A stretch of DNA of 64,000 nucleotides from an uncultured Chthonomonadaceae bacterium (lineage in GTDB: Bacteria; Armatimonadota; Chthonomonadetes; Chthonomonadales; Chthonomonadaceae). The stretch covers positions 10,693-74,692 of the forward strand of contig CAWIEK010000043.1 in NCBI GenBank assembly GCA_963835065.1, written 5' to 3'. Shown in pieces: positions 51,991 through 64,000 of this stretch. The translations under genes and the position numbers were made by a program. The notes beneath the pieces are model-generated. The model worked only from the letters and a program-made list of their open reading frames with translations, was not told the DNA's origin and made no database searches. Numbering within the stretch: the first letter of the stretch is position 1; each line of letters starts with the position of its first letter.

Positions 51991-53034
51991 TTACACCGGC
52001 ATCGGCCTGTTCGGATCCGCGATGATGCCGTCGAAAATGGCGGCGTTGGTTTGCACCTGAACGTTTTTGCCGACAATGCAGCGTTCCAGATGCGTACCCG
52101 CGCCAATTGTCGCGCCTTCCCACAAAATGGTTTCCTGCAAAGTCGCGCCCGCCCCGATGTGGCAGTTGTCGCCGATTACCGTGTTGTCGCCAATCGTAGC
52201 GTCTGCCTCAATCGTGACGTTGCTGCCGATGGCGACCGGGGAGCCGACCGTGACGCTCGCGTCCATCTGAACGTTGTCGCCCTTCCACACGTTTTTCCCG
52301 GCCTGGTGCAGCGGCAGAAGCGCATTGACCTGCCCTTCCAGCACATCCCGCTGCGTCTGCTTATACACCTTGATGTTGCCCACGTCTTTCCAATACGCTT
52401 CCGTCACATGCCCGTACATCGGCAGTTCTTTTTCCATCATCAGGGGAAACAATTGCTTGCCGAACAGGAAAAACGTGTGCGCAGGGATCAATTCAAACAC
52501 GCTCGGCTCGAACACGTAAACGCCCGTATTGGCCGTGTTGGAAAACACTTCCCCTTTGGGTTTTTCCAAAAAGCGCGTGATGCGGCTGTTGTCATCTAAT
52601 TGCACAATGCCGTACTCGCTCGGATCGTCCACAACGGAAAGCGCGAGCGTGGCCGTCGCATTTTTGTGCTTGTGCGTCTGCACCACAGCCGTCAAGTCCA
52701 TATCCGTCAGGTCGTCGCCGCCGATAACAAGAAATGTCTCGTTTTGAAAAAAATCCTGTACGCGCTTCACGCTGCCCGCGTCGCCCCAGAGTTCATCCTC
52801 ATGCGACCAGTGGATGTTGACGCCCCACTTCGCGCCGTCGCCAAAATAGGCGGCAATGGTATCGCCCAGATAGTGAACGTTGACCATGATGTCGTGGAAG
52901 CCATGCTGTTTGAGCAGCAGGATAAGGTACTCCATCACGGGACGGTTGATAATCGGCACCAGCGGCTTGGGCACATTGCGGGTCAGCGGATCCAACCGCG
53001 ACCCGACCCCCGCCGCCAAAATCATAGCTCTCAT
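51991..53034 (-). CDS. NDP-sugar synthase / mannose-1-phosphate guanylyltransferase family
   Basis: ILAAGVGSRLDPLT..PKPL, FLEKP, YWKDVG, hexapeptide repeats. Confidence 0.93.
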   Translation of the reverse strand: MRAMILAAGVGSRLDPLTRNVPKPLVPIINRPVMEYLILLLKQHGFHDIMVNVHYLGDTIAAYFGDGAKWGVNIHWSHEDELWGDAGSVKRVQDFFQNETFLVIGGDDLTDMDLTAVVQTHKHKNATATLALSVVDDPSEYGIVQLDDNSRITRFLEKPKGEVFSNTANTGVYVFEPSVFELIPAHTFFLFGKQLFPLMMEKELPMYGHVTEAYWKDVGNIKVYKQTQRDVLEGQVNALLPLHQAGKNVWKGDNVQMDASVTVGSPVAIGSNVTIEADATIGDNTVIGDNCHIGAGATLQETILWEGATIGAGTHLERCIVGKNVQVQTNAAIFDGIIADPNRPMPV

Positions 53035-53160
53035 AAGATAAATTCTCCCAAAGCGTTTACGTCAACCTCCATTGTCGGCAGCAAACGCCATGCTTTTCCT
53101 GTGTTTTCCTACGCCACAAAGCAAAAAAAGTGCCATTCTTTACAAGAAATGGCTGTTTGC

Positions 53161-54100
53161 TTATACTATTGCGCTTGAGAAACAATCCTGCTCCTCGTCT
53201 TGGTCCAGCCATTGCATCGGGATTTGCGCGACCTTTTCGCGTCCGGTCGGCTTGTGAACGGGTTTACCCAAGGGCCTTACTTTCAAAGCCCCATTATGAA
53301 GAGCAACCAGATCGTTCCTTTGCAATCCGGCAGTAGTCGGCGTCACGGTCAATACCGACGGCTTTGCGCCCTTGCTTGGCGGCGGCAATCAGCGAACTGC
53401 CAACACCCGCGAACGGATCCAATATCCAGTCGCCGGGGTTGGTAAAAGCGAGTACGTAGCGTTCGGCCAACTCAACGGGAAATTGGCACGGATGAATGGT
53501 TTTCTCGCAGTGGTTGGACTTGACGTTGGGTATGTCCCATACGCCGCTTTCCCACTCCTGCGCCAACAACTCCCAAAAATCAGACGGGTTTTTGCCCAAT
53601 GGATTGCCGCTCGGCTGTCCTTTTTTATCTCCTTTAAAATGTAGCTTACCGGGATATTTGGAAGGAACGCGAACGGCATCAAGATTAAAAGTGTAAGCAT
53701 CGGAGCGCGTAAACCAGAGCAACGTTTCATATCTGCCGGAAAAGCGGTGCGAGGCATGAAGCCCATGATCGAAGCGCCAAACCACCCGATTGCGCAACTT
53801 CAACCCCAACTCTTTGAAAACAGGATAAAAGTAGACGTCGAGCGGAAACACTTCGCCGTTTTCCACATAGTTACCGACTTGCCAGCACAAACTGCCTGTC
53901 GGCGCAAGTAAGGGTATAAGCTGCCGAATGATTTGCGTCTGCGCGTCGAGGTATTGTGTAAGCGTGGTCTGCTGTTCGTACTGCTTGCCGATGTTATAGG
54001 GCGGTGAGGTGAGAATCAGGGAAAAGAATTCGCGCGGCAATTGGCGACATGCTTCCCGCGCGTCCGCGTTCAGCATAGCAAAGGACTGCTCCGGCGACAA
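53161..54100 (-). CDS. Site-specific DNA methyltransferase, M.BglII-like N4-C/N6-A family (apparent frameshift near 53310)
   Basis: TSPPYN, HPCQFP, DPFAGVGS; C-terminal LKVRPLGKPVH in another frame. Confidence 0.88.
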
Positions 54101-54182
54101 AGCGTCTTGAACCTGTATGGACGTGTCTTCAAGTAAGTTTATTGGTGTTGAGTTTACCTGAAAACGACAAAGCCCTGCATCG

Positions 54183-55025
54183 GTGACTGCTCCCCACAGG
54201 TAAACCTGGGGGCTTCTCTCCTGTCAAGCAGGAACGGTGTGCAGTCCCACACCGATTTTGAGAATGTTCCGAGCGGCGTTCACATCGCGCTGCAGCACAA
54301 GCCCACAGCATGAACAGACGTGAACGCGCTCGGACAATTTCTTAGGCGCACGGTGTCCACAGGCCGAGCAGTCTTGACTGGTGTATGCGGGATAGACGGC
54401 TATCACTGTTCTCGCAGCTCTTTCAGCCTTCGAGGTCAGGACAGCGCGAAACATACTCCAGGCGGCATCGGCGATGGACTTGGCAAGGCAGTGGTTCTGG
54501 ACCATGCCGGTGATGTGGAGGGCTTCGACGGCAATCACGCCGAAGCAGTTGACCAGCTTACGAGCGGCCTGATGAACAAAGTCATGTCTGCGATTTCGGA
54601 TGCGTTCATGGATGCGCGACACGACCTTGTTGGCCTTGCGCCGCGCTGCCTTTTGTTCCTTTGTGCGGGCGTGTTTGAACTTGTCGGCTTTGCGCTGCGC
54701 TTTTGCAAGCGCCTTTTCGTCCTTACGAAACTTGAAAAGCAAGGTCAACGCGCTTGACGACATCTTGCAACACCTGCGAATAGAGTTCGCACAGTTCAGG
54801 ATGCGCTTTTTTCCACAGCGGTAAAATGTTCTGCTGTTGCCGGTAAGTAGGACTTGTGCCGTGTACTTCAAAGTCGTGCTTGCGCCAGGCTGCCATGCTG
54901 TTGTAGACATCACGGGCAAGCGAAAGCATGTGCCGCAATTTCGTTTCCTGCGCGGCAGTCGGGTAGAGACGGTACTTAATCGCAAGTCTGGTCATACCCT
55001 GTTATACCAGACGGACGTACAATTC
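54183..55025 (-). mobile_element. tnpB: IS200/IS605-family solo-tnpB element with internally deleted tnpB
   Basis: KYRLYPT N-terminus (54995) joined out of frame to IAVE/TSQDCSACG/RDVNAARNI; right-end hairpin ending TCAC at 54183; TTGAC at 55026-55030. Confidence 0.88.
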
Positions 55026-55189
55026 GTCAAGTCTAAGATTGCAAAGCCTTTTGCTCAGACAAAAGTTTCGTAACAGGAAATCGCTGTATCCGGGCGTCCA
55101 CCCGTAGGGAAGGACATTGATAAATCAAGGGGAATTAGCGATTTGAACCCCGTTAAAATGCAGGGCAAACCACAAAATACAAAGCGAAA

Positions 55190-56329
55190 TTAGGCGGGAA
55201 AGCGGCGGATGAGATCGGCGACGTAGACTATTTGTTCGTCGCTGAGTTCCGGCACGATGGGAATAGACAGCACTTCCCGCGTGGCCTGCTCCGCAATGGG
55301 AAAATCGCCCGCATGGTAGCCCAAATACGCATAGGCGGGCTGCAAGTGCATGGGGTGCGGATAAAACACCTTGCTGTCCACGCCATGCGCTTTCAAATAC
55401 GCCTGCAATTCATCGCGCCGGGTGTGGCGAAGCGTATACTGATGATAAATGTGGTAGTTGCCTTTTTCGGAATTGGGCAGCATCAGTTCCGTGCCGCTCA
55501 GGTCGCCCAACAATTCGTTGTAGCGCATGGCGTTGCGTCTTCGCGCCTCGTTCCAATCATTTAGATAGGGCAGCTTTACGCTCAAAATCGCGGCCTGCAG
55601 CGCGTCGAGACGGCTGCAATAGCCGATGCGCTCGTGGTAGCCATAACCTTTTTGCCCGTGCCCGTGCAGGCTGCGGATGCTTTGCGCAAGATCGGCGTCA
55701 TTGGTCAGCGCCATGCCCGCATCGCCCGCCGCGCCCAGATTTTTGGTCGGATAAAACGAAAGCGTGGTCACATCCGCGGAACTGGCAACCGGCTGGCCGT
55801 TTTGCAGCGATCCAATGGCCTGCGCCGCGTCGGCAATCAAAAACAGCTTGTGCCGATGGCAGATGTCGGCAAGCGCGGCCCGGTCCGCCATTTGCCCGAA
55901 CAAGTCCACCGGAAGTATAGCTTTGGCGCGCGACGTAATCACGGCTTCGATCTGGCTGGTGTCCAGATTGAACGTGCAAATATCAATGTCCGCGTAAACG
56001 GCTGTGGCTCCGACAAGCGCAATGGCTTCCGTGGTCGCGCCAAACGTGAACGGCGTGGTAATCACCTCATCGCCCGCGCCGACGCCGCAGGCAACTAGGG
56101 CTAACACCAGCGCATCCGTGCCGGAAGCGACGCCAATGCCATAGCGCGCGCCGCACAACGCCGCAATATCATCTTCAAGCCGATGCACTCGGTCGCCGTC
56201 AATATAACCGCCGCTTGCCAGCACGTCAGCAACCGCCGCGTCAATGTCGGTTTTCAAGCGCGCATACTGTGCCCGCAAGTCCGCAAGGGGAACTTTCAAC
56301 CCTTCCTCCTGACCAGATGTTTTCCGCAT
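55190..56329 (-). CDS. DegT/DnrJ/EryC1/StrS PLP-dependent aminotransferase
   Basis: SGTDAL, DAAQAIG, SFYPTKNLGAAGDAG, SRLDALQAA. Confidence 0.95.
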   Translation of the reverse strand: MRKTSGQEEGLKVPLADLRAQYARLKTDIDAAVADVLASGGYIDGDRVHRLEDDIAALCGARYGIGVASGTDALVLALVACGVGAGDEVITTPFTFGATTEAIALVGATAVYADIDICTFNLDTSQIEAVITSRAKAILPVDLFGQMADRAALADICHRHKLFLIADAAQAIGSLQNGQPVASSADVTTLSFYPTKNLGAAGDAGMALTNDADLAQSIRSLHGHGQKGYGYHERIGYCSRLDALQAAILSVKLPYLNDWNEARRRNAMRYNELLGDLSGTELMLPNSEKGNYHIYHQYTLRHTRRDELQAYLKAHGVDSKVFYPHPMHLQPAYAYLGYHAGDFPIAEQATREVLSIPIVPELSDEQIVYVADLIRRFPA

Positions 56330-56502
56330 ATTTCCGCTTCTGGTTCTGTCGTTTATTGGTTATTTAGGATAGGAAACGTGCCGAAGGAACCGGTGTGACA
56401 AACAAAAGGGGAGGACGGCACGAATTCAAGTTGCTACTATCATACCAGAAGCAATGCCCTTTCTGTCGTTTTGCGCGTTCATTCTCACGAATTAGAGGAT
56501 GA

Positions 56503-57501
56503 TTACTCTTCTCGGTTCAGTTCTTCCCGCGCCACCTGACGGGCTGCATTGCCAAATTCCGCATCTTGCAAAGCCGCCCGCACGAACTGCGCGAAAAAAC
56601 TTTCAAAGTTGCCGATGTCGCGCCGCGCTTCGCCGGGACGCAGGGGCACGGCCCACAACGGCTTTCCCAACTGCCCAAGCGCGCGTACCGCATCCGTGAT
56701 GTTGCGCTCGCCCCGCGCATCCAACGTGGTTTCCCGCAGCAAAACAAATACCGAAGGGTTCAGCGCCCAGCGCGCCGCAATCACCAGATCGCTCGGCGCG
56801 TCCTGCACACGAGGTTTTTCCACAATGTCGGCTAAGGCAAACGGCTCAGTAGGAACTTCCGTCAACACCATACGGGGCGCAACCACGCCATACCGCGATA
56901 CCTTCGCCCGCTCCACCCGCTCCACCAGCACCGTCGCTTCGGATTGCTGTTCGCGGTGCGTGGCGATGAGGCGCTGTAAGGGAACAGAGAACAGGGAACA
57001 GGGAACAGTTCTCCCATAGGTAAGTGTTGCTTCTGTCTTCTGTCTTCTGTCTTCTGCTGCCTCTTCTGTTCCCTTTTCCCTGTTCCCTGTTCCCTCAATA
57101 ATGCAGTCCCCAAACGCCACAACAAAGGGCGCGTCCGCAACCCATTCCTGCGCGTACAGCAGGGCGTCGCCGGAACCGCGCTGTTCGCGCTGCGTGACAT
57201 ACTCGCAATTCAGGGGCGGCAGGTCGGGACGCTCGCCTTCATAAACGTTGCCGAAAAAATCCCGTATTTGCGGCTTGCTGTCGGAAACGATGAAGAGAAC
57301 TTCCGTAATGCCCGATTCGCGCAGTTCCGTTGCGATATACGACAACACAGGTTCGCGTCCGACCGGCAGCAGTTCTTTAGGAAAGGCGCGCGTCAGCGGG
57401 CGCAGGCGCGTTCCCAACCCGGCGGCGGGAACAACGGCTTTGGTAATAGCGCGCGCTGTGATTGGCGGCGCGGCGTTTGGCGTGACAGAGGCGGCAGACA
57501 T
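56503..57501 (-). CDS. UTP--glucose-1-phosphate uridylyltransferase-like nucleotidyltransferase
   Basis: KAVVPAAGLGTRLRPLT..PKELLP, IVEKP, ITDA, DIGN. Confidence 0.9.
   Translation of the reverse strand: MSAASVTPNAAPPITARAITKAVVPAAGLGTRLRPLTRAFPKELLPVGREPVLSYIATELRESGITEVLFIVSDSKPQIRDFFGNVYEGERPDLPPLNCEYVTQREQRGSGDALLYAQEWVADAPFVVAFGDCIIEGTGNREKGTEEAAEDRRQKTEATLTYGRTVPCSLFSVPLQRLIATHREQQSEATVLVERVERAKVSRYGVVAPRMVLTEVPTEPFALADIVEKPRVQDAPSDLVIAARWALNPSVFVLLRETTLDARGERNITDAVRALGQLGKPLWAVPLRPGEARRDIGNFESFFAQFVRAALQDAEFGNAARQVAREELNREE
56980..57095 (-). repeat. In-frame palindromic heptamer cassette in galU-like gene
   Basis: Encodes GTGNREKGTEEAAEDRRQKTE...TVPCSLFSVP; GGAACAG and CTGTTCC arms. 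Confidence 0.93.
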
Positions 57502-57675
57502 GATAAAGAACCTTCCTACGAAACAATTGCGCGAATTGTAGCAGAAACGTGAAGGAGCGTCAAGGGGTGAGAGTCAAGCCGGCATGGACAAGCAACGCCG
57601 AAAGATGATATAATTGCCTGACGATGAAGCGCGGACGCTTCAGGCGCAAGGGAAATCGGGGAGGATGGAAGCGCA

Positions 57676-59058
57676 TTGAGGATCGTGGAAATCAGTGAGC
57701 GTGAGGCTCTGAATACGCTGGAGCGGCAGTGGCGCGCGCTTCAAGCGCAATGCCCGCAGGCAACGCCGTTCCAGACGTGGGAATGGAACGCGGCCTGGTG
57801 GCGGCATTTTGGAGCGCGTAAGCGCCCCCGTATCCTGTTGTTTTGGGCGTCTGCGGCGGAGGCGGCAACACGCGGCACAGATGGCGAAGCGGCCTTTCTT
57901 GTTGAGCCGGCGGTATCCACGCCATTTCAGCAAAATAGTGGTTCCCGTGCCGAAGTCCTTGTCGGGATCGCGCCCTTTTACACCAGTTTTCATTTAGGAA
58001 CGCCCCTGCGACGCCTCGCCTGGATCGGAACCGGGCAAAGCGATTATCTCGGCCCGCTTGTCCTGCCCGAATGGGAAGACGCCGCCGCCCACGCCCTCTG
58101 CCATTACATCCGGGAAGAATTGCGCGGCTGGGACATGGCCGACTTGCAGCAATTACGCGCCGATTGTCCGCTGCTGACGCAGCAGAGGGGTCAGGGGTCA
58201 GGGGTCAGGGGTCAAGAGATAGAACAGGGAACAGGGAACAGGGAACAGGGAACAGCAGGAAATGCTGAACGCGGAATGATGAATGATGAATTAGAATCCC
58301 ATTCATCACTCATCACTCATCACTCATCACTTTCTTCCCCCTCAACCTCCTTGCCGATGGAGCCTTGTCCGTATCTGACGTTGCCTGCGGATTGGAAGAC
58401 GCTGACGGCGCGGCTGAGTAAAAAAATGCGCTCCAATCTGGGCTACTATGAACGCCTGCTGGATAAAACGTTTGAAAATGTACGCTTTCATTGCGCCGAT
58501 GAGCAGACATTGGAAGCGGGAATGACGGCGTTGTTTGATTTGCACCAGAAACGCTGGAACGCGCGCTGGCTGCCGGGGGTGTTGGGAAGCAAGCGCGTAC
58601 AGGCGTTTCACCGCGATGTCGCCCGCGCGTTTTTGGCAAGCGATTGGCTGCGCCTGCATCTGCTCACTGTAGACGGAACCATTCGCGCCGCCTTGTACTG
58701 CTTTATGTGGGGCGGGCGCGCATTCTATTATTTGGGTGGGTTCGCGCCGGAACTCAGCAAATACAGTTTGGGCACGCTGCTGACCGGCAAAGCAATTCGG
58801 CAGGCCATCGAAGAAGGCTGTACGGAGTTCGACTTTTTGCGCGGCAACGAGGGTTACAAATATCGCTGGCTGCCCGAAGAGCGCGTCAATCACCGCCTGC
58901 TGCTGCTGCGTTCGCATGAAAAGTTGGGCGGTTTGGGAGAATTGCCGGGGCGGGCAGGATTCGCCCTCAACCGCGTGGAACGTTATGTCGAACTGCGCGC
59001 CAAAGCCTTTGCCGAACATCAGGGGCGAAGTAAGCAGTTGATAGTTGATAGTTCGTAG
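57676..59058 (+). CDS. GNAT-family acetyltransferase (CelD/BcsL-like)
   Basis: TPFQTWEW..AWW, SDY, FDFLRGNEGYK. Confidence 0.88.
   Translation: MRIVEISEREALNTLERQWRALQAQCPQATPFQTWEWNAAWWRHFGARKRPRILLFWASAAEAATRGTDGEAAFLVEPAVSTPFQQNSGSRAEVLVGIAPFYTSFHLGTPLRRLAWIGTGQSDYLGPLVLPEWEDAAAHALCHYIREELRGWDMADLQQLRADCPLLTQQRGQGSGVRGQEIEQGTGNREQGTAGNAERGMMNDELESHSSLITHHSSLSSPSTSLPMEPCPYLTLPADWKTLTARLSKKMRSNLGYYERLLDKTFENVRFHCADEQTLEAGMTALFDLHQKRWNARWLPGVLGSKRVQAFHRDVARAFLASDWLRLHLLTVDGTIRAALYCFMWGGRAFYYLGGFAPELSKYSLGTLLTGKAIRQAIEEGCTEFDFLRGNEGYKYRWLPEERVNHRLLLLRSHEKLGGLGELPGRAGFALNRVERYVELRAKAFAEHQGRSKQLIVDSS
58186..58331 (+). repeat. In-frame four-module heptamer cassette in GNAT gene
   Basis: Encodes RGQGSGVRGQ..EQGTGNREQGTAGNAERGMMNDELESHSSLITHHSSL. 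Confidence 0.95.
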
Positions 59059-59064
59059 TTGATA
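59035..59064. repeat. TAGTTGA heptamer array forming the GNAT stop
   Basis: agttgatagttgatagttcgtagttgatag; C-terminus LIVDSS*. Confidence 0.8.
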
Positions 59065-59187
59065 GAAATTGGTGGCTGGTGGTTGGTTATATTGTTGATG
59101 CCTCGAACATAATTTCGGCGTGATTTCTTGCAGGCGCTTTTGTTTGATCGTTTTTCCCGCATTGCTGAAAGTGAGGTTTGGCCTTTC

Positions 59188-60033
59188 ATGCGTGTTTCTT
59201 TCTCATTTCTGCGCAAGACCCTCCCCGCTTGCAATCCTTTTGGCGCGTTGTTCCCCGCAGCGCCTGTCAATACTTCTGCCACGTGTTGCGTTCGTTCCTC
59301 CCGATGGACGCGCCTGATCCCGGCATGTATTACCCTTGCTGCTTTGAGCGGCTTGACCGGCTGCCGCACCAAGAGTTTCCTTTCCACCAAGCAGGAAATC
59401 AATTTGGGCAAGGAAGCGTCCCGCGAAGTGGAGCAGCAGTTTCGCGTGGATACCAAATCCCCGGATGCGGACCGGGTTCGCGCCATCGGGCAACGCCTGT
59501 TGCCGCACCTGGATCGCCCCGGCATCAATTACACGTTCAAAGTGCTGGACGTGAAAGATATCAACGCCTTTTCCCTGCCCGGCGGCCCCGTTTATGTGTT
59601 TCGCGGCCTGCTCGACATGATGGGGGATGATGACGACGCGCTGGCCTGCGTCCTGGGGCATGAGTGCGGGCATGTGGCCGCGCGCCATGCCGCCCGCCAA
59701 TTGTCTTCCAGCATCACCACCAGCCTGCTCATCAATATCTTCATTCCCAACCCGACGTACAATCAGCTTGCCGGATTGGGCGCGGGCGTCGTGGGCTTGA
59801 AATACAGCCGCGACGACGAATACGAGGCGGATCGGCGCGGGCTTTCCTATGCGGCGGAAGCGGGCTACGACCCCAACGGCATGGTGCATTTCTTCGACAA
59901 ACTGGCGCGGCTGGAACACCGGCAGGGCGGCGGCGACCCCGAATGGCTGCGTGACCACCCCGTTACCCAGGCCCGCATTGACAAAGCGCAAGCCATCATT
60001 GACAACAAAGATTATCGGTACGGTGTCAAGTAA
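59188..60033 (+). CDS. M48-family metalloprotease lipoprotein (start uncertain)
   Basis: LTGC lipobox, INAFSLPGG, HECGH, EYEAD, DHP. Confidence 0.9.
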   Translation: MRVSFSFLRKTLPACNPFGALFPAAPVNTSATCCVRSSRWTRLIPACITLAALSGLTGCRTKSFLSTKQEINLGKEASREVEQQFRVDTKSPDADRVRAIGQRLLPHLDRPGINYTFKVLDVKDINAFSLPGGPVYVFRGLLDMMGDDDDALACVLGHECGHVAARHAARQLSSSITTSLLINIFIPNPTYNQLAGLGAGVVGLKYSRDDEYEADRRGLSYAAEAGYDPNGMVHFFDKLARLEHRQGGGDPEWLRDHPVTQARIDKAQAIIDNKDYRYGVK

Positions 60034-60035
60034 AA

Positions 60036-60129
60036 AGTTGATAGTTGATAGTTCCCTGATAGTTGATGCTTGTGGCAATTGCAAGCATATAGGACGAAGC
60101 AGGAACTATCAACTATCAACTATCAACCC

Positions 60130-60133
<4 letters not shown>
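60036..60133. repeat. Heptamer repeat hairpin (TAGTTGA/TCAACTA) between convergent genes
   Basis: agttgatagttgatagttcc...ggaactatcaactatcaact. Confidence 0.9.
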
Positions 60134-63120
<2,987 letters not shown>

Positions 63121-63160
63121 GGTTTTCTCCGGTGCGTATCTAAGTGGAAGGGCGCTAAAA

Positions 63161-63208
63161 GTTCGTAGTTCCTGCCTTGCTGTCGACTGCGACTATCAAC
63201 TATCAACT
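63161..63208. repeat. Degenerate TAGTTGA/CTATCAA repeat in valS leader
   Basis: gttcgtagtt...actatcaactatcaact. Confidence 0.65.
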
Positions 63209-63230
63209 GTTTAGTGCCGAAGGGAAAGCG

Positions 63231-63490
63231 AAACGCAAAGCGCCCGCGCCCCCGGCCAGAGATAGCCGGAAGGACGCGGGCGCTGATGTAAAATCAGGCG
63301 CGGCGCGCGGTACCACCTTCCTTTCCGCAGACCGGCACCACCGCGGGCGGCTTGCGGACACTCGAACGCGCGATAACGGGCGCACCCGGCGCGACTCCAG
63401 AGCGACGTTCAGCGCCGATGGGTCAGGAGGTTCCCACCAACCCCTCCCTCTCTGGAAACCGGACCGCGCTTACTCTTCTCCTTCATTGCC
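63231..63490 (-). promoter_or_regulatory. T-box leader (Val) with terminator
   Basis: GCAATGAAGGAGAAGAGTA...CAGAGAG...GGTGGGAA stem I, specifier GAAC-GTC (63404-63406, Val), T-box AGGTGGTACCGCG (~63307-63319), terminator 63240-63283. Confidence 0.88.
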
Positions 63491-64000
63491 ACTGCAAAAC
63501 AAAAATCCTTCTCTTATTATGGGCTATGTTCGCCGCTTTGTCAAACAATCTTCAGATCCAAATCGCCGTCACATTAGTTTAGACATTTGCCAGTTGTTCT
63601 TGCAGCGCTTTGTCTTTGTAACTTCATTCTGCTCCGGCATCCCCATAGAAACTGCGGAACGACTGCAATAAGGAAGAAGCAGGCTCGTCTTTCCCAAGCG
63701 TGTAATCGCTGACTAATTGGCCTGCCTCATTCCAAATTTTGGCATAGACAGGAACGGAATATTCGTAATAAGTTTCGCTTTTCAGTCGTCCGTTCTCGAA
63801 CCACTCGCGGCTGCAGCCATGCGCTACACCATGTTGGTAGGTTGTTTATTCATGCAACTGCCCGGATGGAAAGAAAGCGCAGGCTTCCCACCGATGGGAG
63901 CGCCTGCGCTATTATTTTTGCCGAAAACACAGCGGACAAACCGCCGATTGTGCCACAATTAAGGTTGAATATGTGATACAACATTCTGTTGGAACAGAAT

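Overview
A GC-rich bacterial chromosomal window; gene content (PEP-CTERM protein, BTAD/NB-ARC/TPR regulator, T-box valS, FlgM) tentatively suggests Armatimonadota, which is an inference. It holds about 45 mostly housekeeping or envelope genes: RIO kinase, ECF sigma/anti-sigma, glycoside hydrolases, murB, an orphan McrB-like ATPase, an ANTAR-porin-amt-glnK nitrogen cluster, nadC-birA, flgM, parAB, an AddA-like helicase, a diguanylate cyclase, sugar-nucleotide enzymes, a BglII-type methylase, a deleted tnpB element and valS. Many single-base frameshifts, including in murB and valS, look like sequencing errors. Three things stand out. (1) About 23 loci of modular 7-nt tandem repeats form intergenic hairpins and also sit inside the reading frames of eight genes (valS twice, birA, galU-like, McrB-like, GNAT, porin, anti-sigma, GT2), adding stereotyped peptides such as GTGNREQGT, KTEDRRQKTE, LSTINYQLST and SSLITHHSSL. 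(2) Two dispersed copies (14.7-15.0 kb minus strand, 48.0-48.36 kb plus strand) of an unannotated ~250-nt structured transcription unit share an ECF-type promoter (GAACC-N16-CGTCTAA), a 9-codon micro-ORF and a 52-nt identical core. (3) A c-di-GMP-I riboswitch lies between a sigma28-type promoter and flgM.
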